Part shown: one piece after another, positions 56,923 through 64,000 of the stretch
How positions within the stretch are numbered: position 1 is the first letter of the stretch
Layout: each line of letters starts with the position of its first letter
Assembly (NCBI GenBank): GCA_018657385.1
Contig: JABHXF010000009.1
Location: 2,554-66,553, forward strand
DNA: 64,000 nucleotides
From: Candidatus Woesearchaeota archaeon
Lineage (GTDB): Archaea > Nanobdellota > Nanobdellia > Woesearchaeales > DSVV01
Direction: 5' to 3'
Translations under genes and position numbers: made by a program
The notes under the pieces: generated by a model
The model's input: the letters and a program-made list of their open reading frames with translations, nothing else
What the model was told of the DNA's origin: nothing
Databases searched by the model: none

Positions 56923-58059
56923 ATGTTTGAAAAAATAAAGAAATATACAAACTTAGCGATGCTTGTTGCAGCACTTTCATTGAGTACTGGTGTTGCAACT
57001 AGTTGTGTTAATGGATTTGGAGAAAGTGGTGTTGTAGGAAATGAATATAATAAAAATGATGATGCACAAGATGCTAAAGAAGATATAAGACCACAATCAC
57101 ACAAATCATTTTGTTATTCTGATCTTGATGGAGATAAATTTTATGGGAAAAATCAATGTTTAGATAAAAATAATAATGGAATTGAAATTGAAATATTTGA
57201 GGATGGAACATATTTTCCAGAATGTCCAGCAGGTTGTTTAGCACCATTAAATTTTGATTGTAATGATCAAGAAAAATCAATCAATAGTGGAGCTATTGAA
57301 AAATGTAATAATATCGACGATAATTGTAATGGTATCGTAGATGAAGGATTAGAAGTTGAATGTTTTTCTGAGTGTGATATTGGAAAAATTGTTTGTGAAG
57401 AAGGAGAATGGCAGGAATGTAATGCAGTAATTGATTGTTGTGAACCAGGAGAAATAAAAGATGAAATACCATGCCCATACAACCCACACCAATTCATATT
57501 TGTAATTGACAATTCTGGAAGTATGGAAGGTAGTGATTACAATAACATTAGATGTGACGGATTATATTTATTTGTTGATGAAATGAAAAATGAAGATGAA
57601 GCTCTATTGATTACATTTGATGATAATCCTAAACAAATTGGTTCGTTCACGTCTAATAAAGATGAACTCAAATCATACATCAGTAATGCATGTGGTCATT
57701 ATAATGGAACAGATATTGGACAAGCAATGCAGCTTGCCATAAGTAAATTTGAAGGAGATAATTTTGATAACGTAATCATGTTATTAACTGATGGACATGG
57801 AAGTAGTGTTTCTGCAGAAGAAATAAAAAAACATGCTGAAGACAAAAAAGTTACAATTGATTCTATTGGTTTAGGCAGTGGAGTAGAAGATAATTTTTTA
57901 AAATCAATGATAACAAAAGATGGAAAATATTATTTCATTAGTCAAGCTGACCAAATACCTTCTATTTATAATGAAATTTTTATGAAAACTAAATACAAAG
58001 CATGGACAGAATGTAAAGAAAATGGTAAATGGAAACAAGAATATGGGGTGTGTAACTAA
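56923..58059 (+). CDS. lipoprotein-like protein with Cys-rich putative metal-binding repeats and a von Willebrand factor A domain
   Basis: Signal ending VATSC. CN-x-IDDNCNGIVDEG motif. MIDAS-like FIFVIDNSGSMEG, with downstream LLTDG. Confidence 0.7.
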   Translation: MFEKIKKYTNLAMLVAALSLSTGVATSCVNGFGESGVVGNEYNKNDDAQDAKEDIRPQSHKSFCYSDLDGDKFYGKNQCLDKNNNGIEIEIFEDGTYFPECPAGCLAPLNFDCNDQEKSINSGAIEKCNNIDDNCNGIVDEGLEVECFSECDIGKIVCEEGEWQECNAVIDCCEPGEIKDEIPCPYNPHQFIFVIDNSGSMEGSDYNNIRCDGLYLFVDEMKNEDEALLITFDDNPKQIGSFTSNKDELKSYISNACGHYNGTDIGQAMQLAISKFEGDNFDNVIMLLTDGHGSSVSAEEIKKHAEDKKVTIDSIGLGSGVEDNFLKSMITKDGKYYFISQADQIPSIYNEIFMKTKYKAWTECKENGKWKQEYGVCN

Positions 58060-59012
58060 TGAGAATTATAAAAAATATAAAAAAATATGTTGGTATTGGT
58101 TTACTTGCAGGTGTAATTGGCATTGGTGCAGCTTGTGGAACAGGAGACATAGGTTTTTCAAACTATGATAGAAATGATAGTGTTAATTCATCTGTTATTG
58201 AAGATGTTATTGAAGAAACAGATGATGAAAAATGTGATAAATATTTCTTTAGAGATAATGATGGAGATGGTTATGGAGATGTTTCTGTTTATGTTTGTCA
58301 GAAGATTCCAGGATATGTTGAGAATAATCTTGATTGTGATGATAACAATATGGATCTAAATCCAGACACAATTGAGAAATGTAATACAATTGATGATAAT
58401 TGTGATGGGAATATAGATGATGTTACACAACCATGCTCTTCTGCCTGTGGAGATGCTGGAGTTGAAGAATGTATTGATGGTAAATGGCAAAATTGCAATG
58501 CCGCAGGTCTTGAGGAAATTTGCAATGGTAAAGATGATGATTGTAATGGAGTAGTTGATGATAATATTGATTGTCCTGAATTTTATTGCAATGAAGCATT
58601 AGTTGGATATTTAGAATGTAATGATCAAGATTGTAAAGATTTGTATTTATCTGGCATTATTGAAAATGACATACAAAGATTTTATGATGTCCTTGAATGT
58701 TTTGAAAATAATGGGTGTAATGAATATCCAACAGAACCTTGTAATTATATAGGTAATCAGAAACAAGGAAACATTTGTATGATGAACAATTGTTTTGATG
58801 AATATTATTGGTGTATTGCTGGTAGTATTAATGGCGAAAAAGATATGCTAGATTTATTTATGAATTGCTATAGTGATAATCATAAAGGTGAAGAATGCAT
58901 AACATGTTATGACCAAACAACTGAGGAAGGAAAGAAAGGATTTTTAGAATTAATGAAATGCATAATGACAGGGAAAGAAGAAGAATGCATGATGCTAATG
59001 TTTGGACAATAA
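58059..59012 (+). CDS. lipoprotein-like Cys-rich protein with repeated D-x-D-G-D-G-Y and C-N-x-x-D-D-(N/D)-C-(D/N)-G motifs
   Basis: Signal ending GAACG. DNDGDGYGD, DCDDNNMDLNPDTIEKCNTIDDNCDGNIDD and EICNGKDDDCNGVVDD. The start overlaps the previous stop (TAATG). Confidence 0.65.
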   Translation: MRIIKNIKKYVGIGLLAGVIGIGAACGTGDIGFSNYDRNDSVNSSVIEDVIEETDDEKCDKYFFRDNDGDGYGDVSVYVCQKIPGYVENNLDCDDNNMDLNPDTIEKCNTIDDNCDGNIDDVTQPCSSACGDAGVEECIDGKWQNCNAAGLEEICNGKDDDCNGVVDDNIDCPEFYCNEALVGYLECNDQDCKDLYLSGIIENDIQRFYDVLECFENNGCNEYPTEPCNYIGNQKQGNICMMNNCFDEYYWCIAGSINGEKDMLDLFMNCYSDNHKGEECITCYDQTTEEGKKGFLELMKCIMTGKEEECMMLMFGQ

Positions 59013-59117
59013 ATAACAATCATCTGAATAAAATTCAAACATTTATTGTGAAAACACAACAAACTTTTTAAATATCCACACCCAACTTAACCATATTATT
59101 GAATATTGGATGATATT

Positions 59118-61424
59118 ATGGCTAATGAGGGTAAAAAACTAACAAAAACAACCAAATCAACTGAAAAAGTTAGTAAATCAAGTGGAAAGAAGAGTAATAA
59201 ACCACATAAGATAGTTGTAACTAGTGCTCTGCCATATGCAAATGGTTCAATTCACCTTGGTCATTTAGTTGAATATATTCAAACAGATATATTTGTAAGA
59301 TTTCTTAAATTGATTGGAAAGGATGCAATCTATTGTTGTGCAGATGATACTCATGGAACACCTATTGAGTTAAAGGCAAAACAGCTTGGTATTAAACCTG
59401 AAAAATTAATAGAACAAATCTGGAAAGAACACACTAAAGATTTTTCTGATTTTCATATTGAATTTGATAGTTATTATTCTACTAACAGCAAAGAAAATAA
59501 AGAATATGCAGAATTTATTTATAATGAATTAAGGAAAAAAGATTTAATTTATACAAAAGCAATGCAATTAGTTTATTGTGAACATTGTAAAAGATTTTTA
59601 CCAGATAGATTTGTTAAAGGTACATGTCCAGAATGTAAAGCAGAAGATCAATACGGAGATGTTTGTGAAAAATGTGGTAATGCACATAAAACAACTGATT
59701 TAATTAATCCAAAATGTACAATATGTAATGGAAAACCAATAGAAAAAGAAAGTAAACATTATTTTTTCAAGTTAAGCAAATGTAAAAAACAATTAACTAA
59801 ATTTTTACAAAAGAAAACATTACAAAAAGAAGTTGTGAATTTCTGTATGAATTGGATTGAAAAGCTTGAAGATTGGTGTATCAGCAGAGATGCTCCTTAC
59901 TTTGGATTTGAAATACCTAATTCTGTAAAAGAAACAGGTTCTACAAAATATTTTTATGTTTGGTTAGATGCACCTGTTGGTTATATTAGTAGTACTGCTA
60001 ATTATTGTAAAAATATTGCTAAAGGAAAAGGTAAAGATGGAAAAGCATTGAATGAAAAAGATTATTGGATGCCAAAAAATAAAGAAGAAAGTGAAATCAT
60101 TCATGTTATTGGTAAAGATATAATCTATTTCCATTATTTATTCTGGCCTGCAATGTTAGAAAATTCAGGAATTAAACAACCTGACCAGATTATGACTCAT
60201 GGTTTCCTAACAGTAGGAAAAGAAAAGATGTCAAAGACAAGAGGAACATTTGTTTCTGCAAGACATTATCTGAATTATTTAAATCCACAATATTTAAGAT
60301 TTTATTATGCAGCTAATTTAACAGCTAAAATGGAAGATATTGATTTAGATATTGCTGATTTCAAAACTAGAATTAACACAGAGTTAATTGGAAACCTAGG
60401 TAATTTTGGATATAGAACAATTAGTTTCCTTAACAAGAACTTTGATAATAAAATTGAAGAGTTTGATGTAGAAGATAAAGAAGTTCAAAAAATAATTAAT
60501 GAATTTACAGAAACTGCTGTTAAAATTAGAAATAATTATAGACATTTTGAATTCAGAGAAGTTATTAAAGATATTTTACATTTAAGCAGTTTAGGCAATA
60601 AATATTTCCAAGACAAAGAGCCATGGGCATTATTGAAAGGAACAAAAGAAGAAAAAGAACAAGCGCATAAAGTTTTAAGCTTTTGTTTCCATTTATTGAA
60701 AAATTTAGGAATAATTATTTCTCCAATCATGCCAAAATTTGCAGAGAAATTACAGAAGCAGCTTAATCTTAAGAATTTAACATGGGATGATATACATTTT
60801 GATATGAAAAGCCATAAAATTAACAAAGGAGAAATTCTTGTCAATAAAATAGAAGATGAAATAAAGAAAATGATTCAAGATAATGCTCCAAAAGATTCTA
60901 AAAAAGATAATAAGTCTGGTGAAAATACAAGCAATGAGTTTTTATTAGATTTAAGAGTAGCTAAAATTGAATCTGTTGAAGATCATCCTGATGCTGACAG
61001 ATTATATGTTATTAAGATAGATTTAGGAAAAGAGAAAAGACAATTAGTAGCAGGAATTAAAAAGTATTATTCTAAAGAGGATTTAGAAGGTAAAAAAGTT
61101 GTAGTTATTACTAATCTAGAACCAGTTAAATTAAAAGGAGTAAAAAGTGAAGGAATGATGCTAGCAGCTGAAAAGAAAAAGGATGTTGTAGTATTAGAAG
61201 CTGATAAATCAAAAGTTGGAGACCAAGTGTATATTGATGGAATCAAACTAGTTGATAAATTTAAAACTATTAAATTTGATGATTTCTTAAAGTATAAAAT
61301 GAAAGTAAAAGATAAGAAAGTATTTTTAGTTGGAAATGAAGAAGAAGGAAAAGAAAGTAAATTCTTAAGAACTAAAAAAGAAGAGATTAAAGCTAGTATT
61401 AATGATAATGCTAAGGTTTGTTAG
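59118..61424 (+). CDS. metG: methionine--tRNA ligase with a Lys-rich N-terminal extension and a C-terminal EMAP/Trbp111-like tRNA-binding domain
   Basis: ALPYANGSIHLGH (HIGH), zinc knuckles CPECK and CEKCG, KMSKTRG (KMSKS), C-terminal LDLRVAKIESVEDHPDADRLYVIKIDLG. ATG 59118 is preferred over TTG 59106. Confidence 0.9.
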   Translation: MANEGKKLTKTTKSTEKVSKSSGKKSNKPHKIVVTSALPYANGSIHLGHLVEYIQTDIFVRFLKLIGKDAIYCCADDTHGTPIELKAKQLGIKPEKLIEQIWKEHTKDFSDFHIEFDSYYSTNSKENKEYAEFIYNELRKKDLIYTKAMQLVYCEHCKRFLPDRFVKGTCPECKAEDQYGDVCEKCGNAHKTTDLINPKCTICNGKPIEKESKHYFFKLSKCKKQLTKFLQKKTLQKEVVNFCMNWIEKLEDWCISRDAPYFGFEIPNSVKETGSTKYFYVWLDAPVGYISSTANYCKNIAKGKGKDGKALNEKDYWMPKNKEESEIIHVIGKDIIYFHYLFWPAMLENSGIKQPDQIMTHGFLTVGKEKMSKTRGTFVSARHYLNYLNPQYLRFYYAANLTAKMEDIDLDIADFKTRINTELIGNLGNFGYRTISFLNKNFDNKIEEFDVEDKEVQKIINEFTETAVKIRNNYRHFEFREVIKDILHLSSLGNKYFQDKEPWALLKGTKEEKEQAHKVLSFCFHLLKNLGIIISPIMPKFAEKLQKQLNLKNLTWDDIHFDMKSHKINKGEILVNKIEDEIKKMIQDNAPKDSKKDNKSGENTSNEFLLDLRVAKIESVEDHPDADRLYVIKIDLGKEKRQLVAGIKKYYSKEDLEGKKVVVITNLEPVKLKGVKSEGMMLAAEKKKDVVVLEADKSKVGDQVYIDGIKLVDKFKTIKFDDFLKYKMKVKDKKVFLVGNEEEGKESKFLRTKKEEIKASINDNAKVC

Positions 61425-62647
61425 AGATTATTCTTCTGTTCTCTTAAAGAATAAAGTAATGCATCCATATTTCTTTCTTCTTCTTTGCCTAATGCATTAG
61501 ACATAGGAGCAGATAATTTATCATATCCCATAATATCAAAGCAATCATACATACTTCTTTTATTAATTTCTCTAAATTCATCAACACCACGTGCTCTTGC
61601 AACTGAAAAACCTCTGGCATTTGAGTAAACAAAGAATGGCGTTCCTGTTAATATATGAAAAACAGACAATGCATAAGAGTAAATATCACCTGTAATACGT
61701 GCTGATATATCTTTAGCATGTTCAGGAGCAACAAATTCTCTTGTTGCCCTAAGATTTGTTTGTTTTTTATAATCTTGATTTAAATTTTCCCATTTACCCT
61801 CATCAATTATAGGAAAGCCCCCTTCATCTATAACACATGCACTTCCATAATCATGAAGTTTTAACTGATAATCTTTACTTAATGGATCTCCTGAAACCAT
61901 TACATTATTTGGTTTAATATCCCTATGAACTATTCCTTTACCCCATAAAAGCTTTAGTGTTTCCCCTAATTTAATTGCAGCTTCAAACCTTTGTTCTTCA
62001 TTATATGGAACAGCATTATCATCTTTTAAATGTATTCCAAAATGTTCTTCCTCAATTCTTATATATTCTTCATGAGCAAGCCTTTCCATTTCCATCCAAT
62101 CACCAGCAACACCTTGGCTTAATTTAGTTGGTTCTCCAATAACATCCATTAAATTATCACCATCAAAATAATCAAATAAGAATGCAGATCCTAAAAATAA
62201 TTCAAAACCTAAAGGAGTCCCATATACAAGAAATCGCTGTTCTTTAGCTGATAAAACATAATCTAAACCTTGTAAATGCCTTCCTATTTCAACTTCAGCA
62301 ATAATTGCCCCCAATGTATTACTATCTGCTCTGTTAAGGTGATGTAATTGAGGTTTTACTCCATCCATAAATAAATTGATACTTCTATGCCCATTTTCTT
62401 TATTATATCCTATCTCAGCCCCATATATGTTATCTTCTTCAACACCTATTCTACCTGCCATTTCATTTAATGGGATAGTAAAGCCATTAACAACTTTGAT
62501 AACATCTTTACCCGAACGATATATGCCACCAAAGCCACCCCTACTTATTCTATCCTTTACAGAGATGACTCTATCTCCCAATAATACCTTATAATCAAGC
62601 TTTTCAATAATATCTAGCATTGAATCAAGATTAGTTATATTAGCCAT
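61421..62647 (-). CDS. eukaryotic-type Ser/Thr protein kinase
   Basis: Gly-rich loop RGGFGGIY, VIKV lysine, catalytic loop IVHRDIKPNNVMV, DYG (DFG-like), VAPE. Confidence 0.8.
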   Translation of the reverse strand: MANITNLDSMLDIIEKLDYKVLLGDRVISVKDRISRGGFGGIYRSGKDVIKVVNGFTIPLNEMAGRIGVEEDNIYGAEIGYNKENGHRSINLFMDGVKPQLHHLNRADSNTLGAIIAEVEIGRHLQGLDYVLSAKEQRFLVYGTPLGFELFLGSAFLFDYFDGDNLMDVIGEPTKLSQGVAGDWMEMERLAHEEYIRIEEEHFGIHLKDDNAVPYNEEQRFEAAIKLGETLKLLWGKGIVHRDIKPNNVMVSGDPLSKDYQLKLHDYGSACVIDEGGFPIIDEGKWENLNQDYKKQTNLRATREFVAPEHAKDISARITGDIYSYALSVFHILTGTPFFVYSNARGFSVARARGVDEFREINKRSMYDCFDIMGYDKLSAPMSNALGKEEERNMDALLYSLREQKNNL

Positions 62648-62813
62648 ATTACTACTAAATAATAGTTAATAGTTTATAAATGTTATGGGCATAATATATA
62701 AGAAGATTATTTAGTTCAAAATAGCTTATTTTAATAGATTGATTGATTTAATCTAAGCAACAAGGATTATGTATAAAAATAGAGTATTTTTAAAGATTAT
62801 GGTCAATTTACGC

Positions 62814-63869
62814 CTATTTCTGCTTTTTAGAAGCTAATTTAGGAGTTTCAGAATAAGATTTATCCTTATTCAGCAACTTAAACCATAAAACACCAGCTGT
62901 TCCTAATAATATAAAGAATATCCCTATCAAAAATATACCTAATGGATATAGTTGTTTTAATACTATTGGTAACATCATAAAAAATGCAGATTTCTCATCT
63001 AAATCTGGTTGTGATAAGCCAGATGATTGCCCTTCAATTGGCAAACCATCAACCATTAATTGCATTAATGGAGTTGTATCAATTGGGTTCACTGCTGTCC
63101 AAATTAATAAAATAATAAATGGAATTACTAGCCATATTCCAGTTCTTAATACCATCTTTGCAATATGTCTCAAATATCTTTTTGGTTCATGCATAAAAAA
63201 TAGAAATAATAAACCAAGTAAAATTAAAATAAAGACTGGCAAAGAAATACCTAATACTTTCCATAGTGTTTTTATCTTAGAAGTAATTCCAGTAATTGGA
63301 TTATCTGCTAATGGTGAATCTTTATTATCTAAATCATTTAATTCTGGCAAACCACCTGGCATGAAAGTATCCATCATTGATAAAAAGAATTCTTTTTTAG
63401 GAGTTTTTTCATCATAAAATGTTTCACATAAAGAAACATATTTGTTCATCATATCTATTTCATTTGATACACCCTTATTTGATATACCATTATTTCCTGA
63501 ATTAGTTTTTCTTATTTCTCTTACATCACTTTCATCTAATCCAAATCTTTTAAGATCAGATTCATCAATATCATCTAAATTATATCCCCCTGCTACAGCA
63601 AGGTCAATTAATTCATCTAAACTTTTCCCTTGATCAGCTGCTTGTTTTTTTGCATCTGCTAATTTATCCTCCATACCTTTTAATTGAACACATAACCCAT
63701 CAATTCTAGAACTAAATTCAGTTTTCACATCATCATCTGCATATTCATAAATATCCCCAACAGCTTCTTTAATACTAATATGTGCAAAACTTCCAAAGAT
63801 TAATGAGAATAGACAAATAGATAAGATAAGAGATACAACCCATATACCTAATTTACGAAGGAATGACAT
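62814..63869 (-). CDS. membrane protein (351 aa)
   Basis: N-terminal TM, a hydrophilic coiled-coil-like region, then several C-terminal TM helices. Confidence 0.6.
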   Translation of the reverse strand: MSFLRKLGIWVVSLILSICLFSLIFGSFAHISIKEAVGDIYEYADDDVKTEFSSRIDGLCVQLKGMEDKLADAKKQAADQGKSLDELIDLAVAGGYNLDDIDESDLKRFGLDESDVREIRKTNSGNNGISNKGVSNEIDMMNKYVSLCETFYDEKTPKKEFFLSMMDTFMPGGLPELNDLDNKDSPLADNPITGITSKIKTLWKVLGISLPVFILILLGLLFLFFMHEPKRYLRHIAKMVLRTGIWLVIPFIILLIWTAVNPIDTTPLMQLMVDGLPIEGQSSGLSQPDLDEKSAFFMMLPIVLKQLYPLGIFLIGIFFILLGTAGVLWFKLLNKDKSYSETPKLASKKQK

Positions 63870-63950
63870 ATGAGATTGTTTTGTTTAGTAGTTTAAATAG
63901 TTTTAGTTAAAAAAGAGGTTTCTTAATTGTATAGATGATAGTATGATTGG

Positions 63951-64000
63951 AAAATAACAACTTGGCCAGATGAGCCGAAGGCGAATAGGATATTTGCGTA
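63951..64000 (+). repeat. structured repeat family 1, copy E (truncated by the window end)
   Basis: AAAATAACAACTTGGCCAGATGAGCCGAAGGCGAATAGGATATTT... matches the left half of copies A-D. Confidence 0.65.

Noticed and set aside
55267-56998. Alternative-frame and antisense ORFs across the P/Q gene array (55267..55503, 55350..55697, 55496..55699, 56074..56388, 56394..56642, 56798..56998)
   Set aside because: The P and Q frames have Shine-Dalgarno motifs, paralog support and signal/lipobox features. The others are overlapping shadows.

Overview
AT-rich window from a small-genome archaeon, probably DPANN-like. The archaeal call rests on a Nop10 gene (below the ORF-track cut-off), a PAC2-type proteasome chaperone, a two-domain Lrp/AsnC regulator, BRE/TATA-like promoters (AAAnnTTTATATA), tRNAs without encoded CCA and a tRNA-like gene with a long insertion. 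Recognisable housekeeping genes are queA, gyrB, metG, nop10, a PAC2-family gene, tRNA-Arg(GCG) and an ePK-type Ser/Thr kinase. About half of the window encodes very large secreted or membrane proteins in two paralogous cassettes: locus 1 at 12.1-22.5 kb (+) and locus 2 at 29.8-50.7 kb (-). Both cassettes keep the gene order B-C-D-A. B is a 1250-1350 aa signal-peptide protein with a Cys-rich hydrophobic C-terminal module. C proteins share a Cys-rich C-terminal domain. D is a polytopic membrane protein. A is a 487-795 aa protein with a prepilin/TadG-like N-terminus. Both cassettes have the 16-mer CCAAAAGGTTTATATA upstream of their first gene. I read this as a candidate undescribed cell-surface or host-interaction apparatus. 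Other notable content: a peptidoglycan-directed pair (YkuD-like lipoprotein; PG-binding plus caspase-like giant protein), a tandem array of Cys-rich lipoprotein-like genes next to the Lrp regulator, an EgtD-like methyltransferase fused to a membrane/extracellular region, and several families of short intergenic repeats. The most striking repeat is an 8-copy, roughly 90-nt structured element with compensatory base changes. All functional calls come from motif recognition by eye; no searches were run.
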